The notes under the pieces were generated by a model that worked only from the letters and a program-made list of their open reading frames with translations, was not told the DNA's origin and did no database searches. Shown here piece by piece: positions 49,136 through 59,599 of a DNA stretch of 64,000 nucleotides. The stretch's first letter is position 1, and every line of letters begins with the position of its first letter. The stretch covers positions 384,001 through 448,000 of the forward strand of contig CAVQFQ010000004.1 in the NCBI GenBank assembly GCA_963711835.1. Direction: 5' to 3'. The position numbers and the translations under genes are program-made. The stretch is from an uncultured delta proteobacterium. GTDB lineage: Bacteria > Desulfobacterota > RBG-13-43-22.

Positions 49136-49771
49136 ATGAAAAAGGACTGGGAAGAATTCAAGAAGGAAAAACAGTCGGTCATCTTTGAGGCCACCCTCAA
49201 GGTCATCAAAGAAAAGGGATTCCACCAGGCCCGGATGGCCGATATTGCCCAGGCCGCCGGTATTTCCTACGGATTGGTCTATCATTACTTTAAGAACAAG
49301 GAAGGGTTGTTCAATCAAATCCTCAATCAGTGGTGGGAGGAACTCTATCGTCTGCTGGAATCGGTTCGAAAAAGCGGCGGGGATTTCCCTGAAAAGTTAA
49401 AAAAAATTCTTCATTACTTTTTGGATATTTACCAGCATAAACCCGACCTGATCCATATTTTCATTACCCAGATATCCAGGTCCTCCAATAACATGACCAA
49501 GAGCCGCCTGGAACATTTCAAGAAATTTATTTCCCTGACCGAGACTATCCTGCAGGAAGGGCAGCAGCAGGGATTTCTCCGAAAGGATTTTGAAGCCCGC
49601 TATCTGACCTATATATTTTTAGGGGCCCTGGAGACCTTCATGTCCATCATGGTTTTGGGGAACCAGAAGATCAAAGACGATCTTCAGAAGGAACGGATCA
49701 CCCAGAGTATGTTGGAGGTTTTTCTTAACGGAGCCAGAAACCGTTCCTATCGGTCAGCGATCAGCCAATAG
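49136..49771 (+). CDS. TetR/AcrR family regulator
   Basis: GFHQARMADIAQAAGISYGLVYHYFKNKEGL. Confidence 0.93.
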   Translation: MKKDWEEFKKEKQSVIFEATLKVIKEKGFHQARMADIAQAAGISYGLVYHYFKNKEGLFNQILNQWWEELYRLLESVRKSGGDFPEKLKKILHYFLDIYQHKPDLIHIFITQISRSSNNMTKSRLEHFKKFISLTETILQEGQQQGFLRKDFEARYLTYIFLGALETFMSIMVLGNQKIKDDLQKERITQSMLEVFLNGARNRSYRSAISQ

Positions 49772-49786
49772 GTAAAAGGAATTCTT

Positions 49787-50932
49787 ATGGACTTTGCCTT
49801 CACCGAGGAACAATTGCTTTTTAAGGAACAGGTCCTCAAGTTTGCCCGCAAGGAAATAGTTCCCCGCTGTCAGGACCATGATCTGAAGGGTCAATTTGAT
49901 TTTGAGTCCTTTCGGAAATTGGGCGAATTCGGCCTCCTGGGTCTGCATCTTCCCGAAGCATTAGGGGGCAGCGGGGCCGATGTGGTCACTTCCGTACTCG
50001 CGGCCGAGGCCCTTGGGGAGGCCGGAGTGGACGGGGGCCTGACCCTTTCCTACGGGGCCCACACCTATCTCTGCGCCGATACGATTTTTTCCCACGGCAC
50101 AGAGGCCCAGCGCCGGAAATACGTTCCCCGACTGGCCAGCGGCGAGTTGATCGGCTGCATGGGTTTGACCGAACCCGGAGCCGGTTCCGATGTTACCGCC
50201 CTTTCCACCCGGGCGGTCAAGCAAGGCGACCATTATCTTCTGAACGGCTCGAAGATGTTCATCACCAACGGTCCCATTGCCGATGTGGCGGTCGTCTATG
50301 CCAGGACCTCAACCGCCGGTGAACGGCATGAAGGTATTTCTGCTTTTATCATCGAGAAGGGGACCAAAGGCTTCAGCGCCGGCAACAAGCTGAACAAAAT
50401 GGGAGTCCGATCCTCTTATACCTCGGCCCTTTATTTGGAAGACTGCCTGGTCCCGGCCGAGAATCTTTTGGGCCAGGAAGGCCTGGGATTTCTGATGGCC
50501 ATGCAGACCGTGGAATGGGACCGGAGCACCTTGATGGCCCCTTTCCTGGGAGGGATCACCTATATCCTGGAAAAGTCCTGCCGCTACAGCAGAGAGAGGC
50601 AGCAGTTCGGCCGGCCCATTGCCGACTATCAGGCCATTAAACACAAAATCGCCGATATAAAGGTTTTCCTGGAAGCGGCCCGTTCCTTGATTTATCGCAT
50701 GGCCTGGTGCAAGGACCAGGGCCGGCCTCTCAATCACCTGGAAGCGGCCATAGCCAAGCTCTTTATCGGGGATTGGAGTCTGGTCCCGACCAATCATGCC
50801 GTCATCATCCACGGCGGCTACGGTTACTGCCACGAATACGATGTGGAAAGAACCTTTCGTGACAGCCGCCTGGCCCCGATCGGAGGCGGAACCTCCGAGA
50901 TTCAAAAGATGATTATTTCCCGTTTGATGTAG
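49787..50932 (+). CDS. Acyl-CoA dehydrogenase (isovaleryl-CoA DH-like)
   Basis: LTEPGAGSD, LNGSKMFITNG, RQQFGRPI, IGGGTSEIQ. Confidence 0.9.
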   Translation: MDFAFTEEQLLFKEQVLKFARKEIVPRCQDHDLKGQFDFESFRKLGEFGLLGLHLPEALGGSGADVVTSVLAAEALGEAGVDGGLTLSYGAHTYLCADTIFSHGTEAQRRKYVPRLASGELIGCMGLTEPGAGSDVTALSTRAVKQGDHYLLNGSKMFITNGPIADVAVVYARTSTAGERHEGISAFIIEKGTKGFSAGNKLNKMGVRSSYTSALYLEDCLVPAENLLGQEGLGFLMAMQTVEWDRSTLMAPFLGGITYILEKSCRYSRERQQFGRPIADYQAIKHKIADIKVFLEAARSLIYRMAWCKDQGRPLNHLEAAIAKLFIGDWSLVPTNHAVIIHGGYGYCHEYDVERTFRDSRLAPIGGGTSEIQKMIISRLM

Positions 50933-50940
50933 AGGCCAAC

Positions 50941-52092
50941 ATGAATTTTGATCTAAGCGACTATCAAAAAGGAATACGAAAGGACCTGGCCGACTTATTA
51001 AAGGAGGAGGCCGGCCGATTCGCTGCCTTGAGAGATGAAGATCCCAAGACGCTTCAACAGAGGATGCGGAATTTTTTCCAAAAACTGGAAGGCCGCACCG
51101 TATACCTTCACTTGGGGCTCGATCCCCAGGAATTGAAGGAGTCGACCTTTGCTCAAGCCTTGAACAGCATTTTTTTAGGCCAGGAATTAGCCAAGGTCTC
51201 CCCCTCCTTATATATCGCCCTGGAGACGAGCACCCGGCTGTTCGGCTGGATCATTGCCCGCTTTGGAATGGAAACAAACCGCCGGGACTTCCTGATGCCT
51301 CTTCAAAAGGGACAAAAGATCGGGGCGGTGGGCCTGGCCGAATCTTCCGGAAATTTTCCCAAAAATGAAATAGAGACTACCGCCCGGCAGGAGGGGGATT
51401 TTTATCGTATATCGGGATTAAAAAAACAGGTCATCAATGCCCCGATCGCCGATTTTTTTGCCCTAACCGGCCGGATCGACGGGCAAGAGGCTGTCTTTTT
51501 ACTCTCCGCCGACCAGGAAGGTCTGCAGGTTGGGGCTTCCCTGAAAACCCTGGGTTTTCAGGGCTTGACCCAATCCGAGGTCCACTTAAACCAATGCCTG
51601 ATTCCGGCCGACCAGGTCATCGGACCCTTGGCCGATGAGGCCCTTTTTCTTCCTATCCAAATCCGACAAAATCTGATTTACACCCTGGCCTCTTTTGGAA
51701 TCATGGAACGGGCCATCAAGGCCGCCAAACATTATTCCGGAAAAAGCCAGGACGGCGGCAAGCCGCCGCAAGCCTATCAGGAGATCCGTTTCAAGCTGGC
51801 GGAGATGTTTACCCTCTTGCAGACCTCGCAGTGGCTGCTCTACCGGGCAGCCTGGATGTTGGAGGCTCGGATGTCCGAAGCGGAAACAGTGGCTGCCGCC
51901 GCCAAGGTCTTTATCACCGAGTCGGCTGAGGAGGTGACCAGAGGGGCCCTGCAGATCATGGGCTTCGAAGGGTATCAGTCCGGCCATGACTTGGAGGAAT
52001 GCTTCCGGGATGCCCGACTGGGTCCGGTGGCCGGAGAAACCTCAGAAGTACTCCGGATGCGCATTGCCGATGATTGTTTGGGAAAGTACTGA
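50941..52092 (+). CDS. Divergent acyl-CoA dehydrogenase-like protein
   Basis: ACAD fold remnants (YQEIRFKLAEM, AAKVF, FRDARL) with degenerate TEP/GSD and GT motifs. Confidence 0.75.
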   Translation: MNFDLSDYQKGIRKDLADLLKEEAGRFAALRDEDPKTLQQRMRNFFQKLEGRTVYLHLGLDPQELKESTFAQALNSIFLGQELAKVSPSLYIALETSTRLFGWIIARFGMETNRRDFLMPLQKGQKIGAVGLAESSGNFPKNEIETTARQEGDFYRISGLKKQVINAPIADFFALTGRIDGQEAVFLLSADQEGLQVGASLKTLGFQGLTQSEVHLNQCLIPADQVIGPLADEALFLPIQIRQNLIYTLASFGIMERAIKAAKHYSGKSQDGGKPPQAYQEIRFKLAEMFTLLQTSQWLLYRAAWMLEARMSEAETVAAAAKVFITESAEEVTRGALQIMGFEGYQSGHDLEECFRDARLGPVAGETSEVLRMRIADDCLGKY

Positions 52093-52167
52093 AAAAGATT
52101 GGGCCAGAGGACCGACAGGCTTAAGGTTTGAGGCAGTTTGTTTTTCTAACAGACAAGGGATTGCGCT

Positions 52168-53784
52168 ATGGAAACCATCGAAACCCGCATCGACACCCGT
52201 TCCCAGGAGTATCAAGATAATTTCCGGCACAACCTGGGCCTGGTGGATCTTCTCAACCACGAGTTGAAGAAGGCCCGGGAGGATCGGTCCGACAAGTCTA
52301 TCGCCCGCATGAAGGAGCAGGGAAAACTCCTGCCCCGAAAGCGCCTGGACCTTCTTCTAGATCGGAATACCCCCTTTCTGGAAATCGGCCCTCTGGCCGC
52401 TTACGACCTTTACGATAAAAAGGTTTACGGGGCCGGAATCATAGCCGGCATCGGGATGGTCGAAGGCCGGGAAGTCCTGGTTCATGCCAACGATTCCCTG
52501 ATCAAGGGCGGGACCATCTACCCCATGGGCGTCAAGAAAGGGCTCCGGATTCAAACCCTGGCCATGGAAAACCGCCTGCCGATCATCAACCTGGTCGATT
52601 CCGGGGGGGCCTATCTGCCCCTGCAATCCGAGATTTTTCCGGATGCCGATGACGGCGGACGCATTTTTTACAACCAGGCCGTAATTTCCAAAATGGGGAT
52701 CCCCCAGATCTGCGGCGTTATGGGACTATGCACCGCCGGGGCCGCCTATATCCCGGCCATGAGCGACGAGGTAGTCCATGTCAAGGGCACCGGGGCCATT
52801 TTCCTGGGAGGGCCGCCCCTGGTCCTGGCCGCCACCGGAGAAGAAGTCACGGCCGATGAATTAGGCGGGGCCCTGGTCCATTGCCGCCAATCCGGCGTTT
52901 CCGACTACTTGGCCGAGGATGATGCCCACTGCATAGAAATCATTCGCCAGATCGTTAAGAACCTTCCTCCAACCCGAAAAACCGAGATCGGCCTGCAGGA
53001 ACCCAAACCAACTCTTTACGACCCCAAGGAACTCTACGGGATCGTTCCCCAGAAGTTAAGCACACCCTATGATGTCCGGGAAGTCATCGCCCGGATGGTG
53101 GACGGCAGTGAGTTTTTGGAATTCAAGGCCCAGTTCGGAACAACCCTGGTCTGCGGCTGGGCCTATATCCACGGCTACCCGGTGGGGATCCTGGGCAATA
53201 ATGGCATCCTTTTTTCGGACAGCTCGCTGAAGGCCACCCAATTCATCCAGCTCTGTGACAAGCGCGGCATCCCCTTGGTCTTTTTGCAGAATATCAACGG
53301 GTATATCATCGGCAAGGAATACGAACGCATCGGCATCACCAAAGACGGCCATAAAATGGTCAATGCCGTCTCCACGGCCACCGTCCCCAAATTCACGGTT
53401 ATCATCGGGGCCTCCTTCGGGGCCGGCAATTACGGCATGTGCGGCCGGGCCTATGGGCCTCGCTTCCTTTGGATGTGGCCCAATGCCCAAATCGGCGTTA
53501 TGGGAGGAGAACAAGCAGCCGACGTCCTGATCACCGTCAAGAACGACCAGTTGGGCCGGGAAGGGCAGCCTTTCCTGCCGGAGGAGATGGTCCGGCAGAT
53601 CCGGGAACCCATTATCGCCTCGGCCCTTAGAGAGGGCAATGCCTATTATTCTACGGCCAATCTCTGGGACGACGGCATCCTGGATCCGGCCAAAACGCGT
53701 GATGTGCTCGGACTGGCCATATCGGCGGCCCTGAATGCCCCGCTGCGGCATGACGTTTATGGGTATGGGACGTTCAGGATGTAA
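52168..53784 (+). CDS. Acyl-CoA carboxylase carboxyltransferase (MCC beta/AtuC-like)
   Basis: LVDSGGAYLP, FLGGPPLV, GASFGAGNYGMCGRAY, WDDGILDP. Confidence 0.92.
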   Translation: METIETRIDTRSQEYQDNFRHNLGLVDLLNHELKKAREDRSDKSIARMKEQGKLLPRKRLDLLLDRNTPFLEIGPLAAYDLYDKKVYGAGIIAGIGMVEGREVLVHANDSLIKGGTIYPMGVKKGLRIQTLAMENRLPIINLVDSGGAYLPLQSEIFPDADDGGRIFYNQAVISKMGIPQICGVMGLCTAGAAYIPAMSDEVVHVKGTGAIFLGGPPLVLAATGEEVTADELGGALVHCRQSGVSDYLAEDDAHCIEIIRQIVKNLPPTRKTEIGLQEPKPTLYDPKELYGIVPQKLSTPYDVREVIARMVDGSEFLEFKAQFGTTLVCGWAYIHGYPVGILGNNGILFSDSSLKATQFIQLCDKRGIPLVFLQNINGYIIGKEYERIGITKDGHKMVNAVSTATVPKFTVIIGASFGAGNYGMCGRAYGPRFLWMWPNAQIGVMGGEQAADVLITVKNDQLGREGQPFLPEEMVRQIREPIIASALREGNAYYSTANLWDDGILDPAKTRDVLGLAISAALNAPLRHDVYGYGTFRM

Positions 53785-53858
53785 GCAAAACGGATGACCT
53801 TAGGGTGCGGCGACTTTTGCCGCCCCGCTGCCAACAGGGAATAAAGGTCTTATGGGTA

Positions 53859-55349
53859 ATGTCCATGTTTAAAAAAGTGTTGATCGCCAATCGCGGTGAG
53901 ATTGCCGTCCGGATTATGCGGACCTGCCGGGAAATGGGCCTCCGGACCGTAGCCGTTTATTCCGAGGTCGACCGCATGGCCCTCCATGTCCTGGAGGCCG
54001 ATGAAGCGGTCTATCTGGGAGAGGCGGAACCGGCTCAAAGCTACTTGAATAAGGACCGGATTATTGAGGCTGCCCGCCGGACCCAATCCGAAGCCATACA
54101 CCCGGGCTACGGCTTCCTGGCTGAAAATGAAAATTTCGCCGAGGCCTGCCACCAGGCCGGGATTGTTTTTATCGGGCCCCCGGCCAAGGTGATTCGCGCA
54201 TTGGGCAACAAAACCGTTGCCAGACGCATCATGTCAGAAGCCGGTGTTCCGGTCATTCCCGGCATGATGGGAACCGCGATTGATCCCAAACTATTGTCTC
54301 AGGAAGCAGATCGGATTGGGTATCCTGTTATTATTAAGGCCGAAGCCGGCGGCGGCGGAAAAGGCATGCGCATTGTTCGGAATCCGCTTGACCTGGAGGA
54401 GGCCTGCCTCTCCTGCCGAAGCGAAGCCGAAAAGGCCTTTGGGAACGAATCCGTATACCTTGAAAAGCACCTGGAATCTCCCCGGCACATTGAATTCCAA
54501 ATCCTGGCCGACAACTGGGGGAATGTGGTCCAGCTCTTTGAACGGGAGTGCTCGATTCAAAGAAGGCATCAGAAGATTATTGAAGAAACCCCCTCCCCGG
54601 CCCTCACCCCAGACCTTCGAGACCTTATGGGTCAGGCAGCCATCTCCGCAGCCAGGGCCTCCGGCTATGTCAATGCCGGGACGGTCGAATTTCTACTCGA
54701 TGGCCAGGGACAATTTTATTTTTTGGAAGTCAACACCCGGCTCCAGGTCGAACATCCTATTACCGAATGCACCACCGGGCTGGACCTGGTCCGGGAACAG
54801 ATAAAGGTGGCCGCCGGAGAGCCCCTGTCTTTTTCGCAAAACGACCTTCGGCAGACAGGCCATGCCATCGAATGCCGGATCTATGCCGAAGACCCGGAAA
54901 ATAATTTCTTTCCCGATCCGGGCAACATCCTCTTTCTAAATGAACCGGCCGGGCCGGGGATCCGCCACGATTGTGGTATTTATGCCGGGGCCGAAGTACC
55001 GGTGGATTACGATCCCATTCTCAGCAAGCTGATCGTCTTTGCCTCCACCCGGGAAGCGGCCCGGCAACGGATGATTCGGGCGCTTAAAAACTGCGTCATC
55101 CTGGGGATTAAAACCACCCTGCCTTTTTTACTGGATGTGATCGCATCCTCCCCGTTTGCCGAAGGTCAAACCAACACGGTTTTCATCGATCGACACTTCG
55201 GCAACTGGAGGCAGGAAAATAAGCGCCGGGATCTGGCCGGGATCATCTATGCGCTGGATGAGGTTACCGGCGCTACCCGGCCCCAGGTCCCCTTTGCCGG
55301 ATCCGGCCTGCTCACCCCCTGGGAAACCCTGGGGCATTGGAGGATCTGA
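53859..55349 (+). CDS. Biotin carboxylase subunit
   Basis: KVLIANRGEIA, HPGYGFLAEN, GGGGKGM, RECSIQRRHQK, EVNTRLQVEH. Confidence 0.93.
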   Translation: MSMFKKVLIANRGEIAVRIMRTCREMGLRTVAVYSEVDRMALHVLEADEAVYLGEAEPAQSYLNKDRIIEAARRTQSEAIHPGYGFLAENENFAEACHQAGIVFIGPPAKVIRALGNKTVARRIMSEAGVPVIPGMMGTAIDPKLLSQEADRIGYPVIIKAEAGGGGKGMRIVRNPLDLEEACLSCRSEAEKAFGNESVYLEKHLESPRHIEFQILADNWGNVVQLFERECSIQRRHQKIIEETPSPALTPDLRDLMGQAAISAARASGYVNAGTVEFLLDGQGQFYFLEVNTRLQVEHPITECTTGLDLVREQIKVAAGEPLSFSQNDLRQTGHAIECRIYAEDPENNFFPDPGNILFLNEPAGPGIRHDCGIYAGAEVPVDYDPILSKLIVFASTREAARQRMIRALKNCVILGIKTTLPFLLDVIASSPFAEGQTNTVFIDRHFGNWRQENKRRDLAGIIYALDEVTGATRPQVPFAGSGLLTPWETLGHWRI

Positions 55350-55355
55350 TAGCCC

Positions 55356-55874
55356 ATGAAATATGAATTAAAAATCGGCCAAGAGGCGGTTCAGGTTGAG
55401 TTGATCCCCGGCGATCTTCCCCAGACAGGTCAAGCACTGATTGGTGAAAACCAATACCAGGTCGCCTATCAACCGGTATCCCCTCATCAGCTGCAGATGC
55501 TGGTGAACGGTGAACCGATAAAGGCCTTTATCGTCAGGGACGGTGATCAAAAGCATATAGGTATTGACGGCCAGGTCTTTCGCGTTTCCCAGGGAGATCA
55601 AGGGAAAGGCCGCCAAAGACGTTCCGCCGGGCCGGAGGAAACCCCGGGGGAGGTTACCCCGCCGATGCCTTCGGTAGTGGTGCGCATCCTGGTCAAGGAA
55701 GGGGACTGGGTGGTTAAGGACCAGGGATTGATGGTCGTTTCGGCCATGAAGATGGAGACCACGCTGAAGGCCCCGCATAATGGAAAAGTAATTAAAATCA
55801 ACACCGCCCTCCAGGCCAAGGTCATGCCGGGCGACAAACTGGTGGAAATCCAGGAAGGGACACAAGATGAGTGA
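55356..55874 (+). CDS. Biotin carboxyl carrier subunit
   Basis: AMKME biotinylation motif. Confidence 0.9.
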   Translation: MKYELKIGQEAVQVELIPGDLPQTGQALIGENQYQVAYQPVSPHQLQMLVNGEPIKAFIVRDGDQKHIGIDGQVFRVSQGDQGKGRQRRSAGPEETPGEVTPPMPSVVVRILVKEGDWVVKDQGLMVVSAMKMETTLKAPHNGKVIKINTALQAKVMPGDKLVEIQEGTQDE

Positions 55875-56643
55875 GGATCTGCTGTACACGGTCAAGGATT
55901 ATGTGGCGACCTTCACCCTGAACCGGGAGGCCCGCCGAAATGCCATCAGCCAGGATATGATTACCGCCTTTCACCGCTACCTGGACCAAGCCGATCAGGA
56001 TGAAACAATCCGGGCCGTTTGTGTCACCGGAACCGGTGACAAGTCCTTCTGTGCCGGAGCCGACCTCCTGGTGACGCTGGCCAGGGAGGATGAAGATCGG
56101 CTGGCCGGTGCCCGAAACTACGCCGCCCTTCTCAAGAAGATCGTTCGTTTCAATAAACCGGTGGTCGCCCGGGTCAACGGGGCCTGCCTGGCCGGCGGAT
56201 TGGGATTGATGCTGGCCTGTGATATCGTTATCGCCCGCAGGGATGTGGCCTTCTGGACGCCGGAAGTGAATGTGGGTATCTTTCCCATGATGGTCGGAGC
56301 CCTTCTGATGCGCCATTTGTCTCCGAAGAAAGTCATGGACATGGTTCTGACCGGACGTAAAATCAATGCTCCGGAAGCGGAGCAAGTCGGCCTGATCAGC
56401 CGGGCGGTTGAACTCGAAAAGTTCGACCAGGAGGTCGAAGCGACCTTAAACCTCTTGATCTCCAAGAGTCCGATAGGATTGCGGATCGGCAAGGAGGCTT
56501 TTTATGCCGCCGGCGACCTGCCTTTTGAAGAGGCGGTTGATTATCTCTGCCTGGCCCTGGGCCGGGCCATCTCCACCGAGGATGCCACGGAAGGGATGAT
56601 GGCCTTTATCGAAAAACGGGAGCCAAAATTTAAGGGGCGATAA
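55867..56643 (+). CDS. Enoyl-CoA hydratase (methylglutaconyl-CoA hydratase-like)
   Basis: LNREARRNAI, FCAGADL, AGGLGL, PEVNVG. Confidence 0.88.
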   Translation: MSEDLLYTVKDYVATFTLNREARRNAISQDMITAFHRYLDQADQDETIRAVCVTGTGDKSFCAGADLLVTLAREDEDRLAGARNYAALLKKIVRFNKPVVARVNGACLAGGLGLMLACDIVIARRDVAFWTPEVNVGIFPMMVGALLMRHLSPKKVMDMVLTGRKINAPEAEQVGLISRAVELEKFDQEVEATLNLLISKSPIGLRIGKEAFYAAGDLPFEEAVDYLCLALGRAISTEDATEGMMAFIEKREPKFKGR

Positions 56644-56680
56644 GGCGGAATCGATAGCGGCGTTGCTTAATGGAGTTACA

Positions 56681-57133
56681 ATGGACTTTCAGCTCGGCAA
56701 AAGTTATGATGAAATACAGATAGGGGATAAGGCCTCCTTTTCCAAGACCATTACCGAAACCGATGTCTACCTCTTTGCCGGCATCAGCGGGGATTTCAAT
56801 CCCATGCACGTCAATGAGGAATTCGCCAAGCTGACGCCTTTCAAGACCCGGATTGCCCATGGGGCCTTGCCCCAAAGCCTGATCGCACCGGTCTTGGGTA
56901 CCAGACTCCCGGGTCTGGGAACCGTGGCCGTAGAAATAACCACCCGTTTTAGAAAACCGACTTTTTTCGGAGATACGGTCACGGCCACGGCCGAAGTGAT
57001 TGAAAAGATCGAGATTAAAAAAAGGGTCCGGATGAAACTGACCTGGACCAATCAGCGCCGGGAACTTATCGGCGACGGGGAAGCCTTGGTCATCCCCCCG
57101 CCGAAGATGGAAGAGTTAATAACCGCCTTATAA
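56681..57133 (+). CDS. MaoC family (R)-specific hydratase
   Basis: FAGISGDFNPMH, RIAHG, PTFFGDTV. Confidence 0.88.
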   Translation: MDFQLGKSYDEIQIGDKASFSKTITETDVYLFAGISGDFNPMHVNEEFAKLTPFKTRIAHGALPQSLIAPVLGTRLPGLGTVAVEITTRFRKPTFFGDTVTATAEVIEKIEIKKRVRMKLTWTNQRRELIGDGEALVIPPPKMEELITAL

Positions 57134-57433
57134 TGGTATCTAACCGATGGGGCCGCTTTTTCTTCCGTCTGTGGCTTTCGGGCTGGTCTTTTTTCCGGAC
57201 TTATCCAGGGGGTATCCCTTACCCCTTCCGCATTCTCGCCCGCTAAAAATCAGCGGTCGAGTCCCGCTGTAGCGGGATTTCCCCATGGGTAAGTCCGGAA
57301 AAGACGGCGCCCTTTCGCCAATGACTCCAGAATAAACAGCCCAACCGGTTTGGGTAACGTCAGTCTTATCGTGAGATTGTTATTAACACCAAAAGGGGAG
57401 AACCCCGAATTCAACACAAAGGAGGAAATTAAA

Positions 57434-57760
57434 ATGGCTTTTACCAACGTGAAAGAAGTGTTTGACAAGATGGCCAGTGTTTTCAACCCCAGTGCCGCCG
57501 GCAGCCTCAATGCGGTATTTCAGTACGATATCACCGGCGACGGAGGAGGAAAGTGGGCGGTTGAGGTTAAGGAAGGGACTTGCAATGTTACCGAAGGGTC
57601 CCATGCCTCTCCGAGCGTAACCATGACCATGGCTGCCGATACCTGGCTGGCCATTGTCAACAAGGAATTGAATGGCATGCAGGCCTTCATGAGCGGCAAG
57701 CTGAAAGCCAGCGGCGACATCATGCTGGCCCAGCGGGTCACCCAACTCTTCCCGCTGTAA
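57434..57760 (+). CDS. SCP2 sterol/lipid-binding protein
   Basis: AVFQYDITG..MQAFMSGKLKASGDIMLAQ; AGGAGG RBS. Confidence 0.88.
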   Translation: MAFTNVKEVFDKMASVFNPSAAGSLNAVFQYDITGDGGGKWAVEVKEGTCNVTEGSHASPSVTMTMAADTWLAIVNKELNGMQAFMSGKLKASGDIMLAQRVTQLFPL

Positions 57761-57856
57761 TAACTAACCTGGAAGCTGACTGGAGTTAATCCAACGGGGG
57801 GATGGTGCCTCAAAGGACATTCCTGCTTCCCTGCCTATCGGTTTATTAGGTTACCT

Positions 57857-57885
57857 GTAGGGGCGGGCTTCAGGCCCGCCCCTGC
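57857..57885 (+). repeat. GTAG-family REP
   Basis: GTAGGGGCGGGC-TTCAG-GCCCGCCCCTGC. Confidence 0.75.
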
Positions 57886-58010
57886 GATCCGACCGGGGCC
57901 AGTCGGGCTGGGGAAGAAACAGGCTAAATGCTTTAATCTTTGGGATAGTCCCAAAGTTACGTGATTATCAAACTGAAGGGGTAGCCTCTTAAGATAGTAA
58001 ATCACCCCAA

Positions 58011-58228
58011 AGAGCTTCAGGGGTCTTGATTTCAAGGATCGTCCGCCAAAACGCCGGCAGCTTGAACCCGAGCAGGAAGTTTATAAGTGGCGTTAGAAAC
58101 AGGCCAACACCAAAGCGAGTTATCATCTTGGGTGAATGCCCGGCTCCTAGCCAACTTAGAAATTAGGGCCGGGTTGGGGCTATGGACATCCTTTCGGACG
58201 ACCTTGAAATCAAGACCCCTGAAGCTCT
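58011..58228. mobile_element. ~215 bp element with long terminal inverted repeats (copy 2), nested in an outer IR at 57948-57966/58249-58267
   Basis: AGAGCTTCAGGGGTCTTGATTTCAAGG..CCTTGAAATCAAGACCCCTGAAGCTCT; interior homologous to 40832-41045. Confidence 0.75.
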
Positions 58229-58297
58229 CGACGAATGGATAGCTTAAAAATCACGTAACCTTGGGACAAACTCTAATCTTTAAATGGTAAGGGTGCT

Positions 58298-59437
58298 ATG
58301 TCATTTCAGGAATATTTCGGCGAAACCCACAACCTGGTCCGGCAGACGGTCCGGAAGTTTGTTGAAAGGGAAATCAAGCCTTTCGTAAATCAGTGGGAGG
58401 AGAAGGGCGAATTTCCCCGAGAACTTTACGGCAAGGCCGGAGAGACCGGGATTTTGGGAATCGGCTACCCGGAAGGTTACGGCGGCAGCGGCGGCGATAT
58501 TTTTATTAAAGTAGCCGCCGCTGAAGAAATCCTCCGCTGCGGCTCAGGCGGAGTGGCCGCGGGGTTGGGCTCCCTGGACATTGGCCTGCCGCCGATCGTG
58601 AAGTTCGGCCAACCTTCGCTGAAGGAGCGTCTCATCCCGCCCGTCCTGAGAGGTGATAAAATTTGCGCCCTGGCCATTACCGAACCCGACGCTGGCTCTG
58701 ATGTGGGCGGCATAAAGACCCGGGCCGTCCGCCAGGGCGATCACTACCGGGTCAACGGCCGCAAGACCTTTATTACCAGCGGCGGCCGGGCTGATGTCCT
58801 GACCTGCGCTGTTCGCACCGGCGAACCGGGCCCTCACGGGGTGAGCCTGCTGGTTATCGAAAAAGAAACACCGGGCTTTTCCGTGGCTACTGTGTTCAAA
58901 AAAATGGGCTGGTGGGCCTCGGATACAGCCGAACTGGTTTTTGAAGATTGCCTGGTTCCGGCTGAAAATTTACTGGGTGAAGAGAACCAGGGATTCTATG
59001 GGATCATGGCCAATTTTCAGAACGAACGGCTGCAACTGGCCCTGATGGCCAACATGACCGCTCAACTGGCCTATGAAGAATCCCTGAAATACGTGAAACA
59101 GCGGGAGGCCTTCGGCAGGCGTCTGGAGGGCTTTCAGGTCACCCGTCACAAACTGGCCGACATGGCCACCTTGATTGAAGCCAGCCGGGAATTTACCTAT
59201 CGGATTGCAGCCAAGATGGACGCTGGTCTCAATGTCATTAAAGAGATCTCCATGGCCAAGAATTTTTCCTGCCTGGTCAGCGACCGGGTTACTTATGATG
59301 CCGTGCAGCTTCACGGCGGCTACGGCTATATGCGGGAATATCTGGTGGAAAGGCTTTACCGGGACAACCGCATCCTTTCCATCGGAGGGGGCACCCAGGA
59401 AATCATGAAGGAGATCATTTCAAAAATGATTCTTTAG
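58298..59437 (+). CDS. Acyl-CoA dehydrogenase (AtuD/long-chain-like)
   Basis: ITEPDAGSD, KMGWWASDTAEL, NFQNERL, IGGGTQEIM. Confidence 0.9.
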   Translation: MSFQEYFGETHNLVRQTVRKFVEREIKPFVNQWEEKGEFPRELYGKAGETGILGIGYPEGYGGSGGDIFIKVAAAEEILRCGSGGVAAGLGSLDIGLPPIVKFGQPSLKERLIPPVLRGDKICALAITEPDAGSDVGGIKTRAVRQGDHYRVNGRKTFITSGGRADVLTCAVRTGEPGPHGVSLLVIEKETPGFSVATVFKKMGWWASDTAELVFEDCLVPAENLLGEENQGFYGIMANFQNERLQLALMANMTAQLAYEESLKYVKQREAFGRRLEGFQVTRHKLADMATLIEASREFTYRIAAKMDAGLNVIKEISMAKNFSCLVSDRVTYDAVQLHGGYGYMREYLVERLYRDNRILSIGGGTQEIMKEIISKMIL

Positions 59438-59599
59438 TCGTAATGTTCAGGGTCCAGGGTACAAGGGAAACGATATTTTTAATCCCTTGCGCCCTGTACC
59501 GTGCGCCTTGCGCCAATCCGAAAACAGGTTTAGGGTCGGAGCGTTCCAGTCCTTAACCTGTAGCGAGAAATCCATTATTAAACTTGTAAGGAGGATCCC

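Noticed and set aside
59446-59515. Heptamer-like repeats, also at ~384-410 and 63265-63345
   Set aside because: Short degenerate intergenic repeats with no associated gene; not informative alone.
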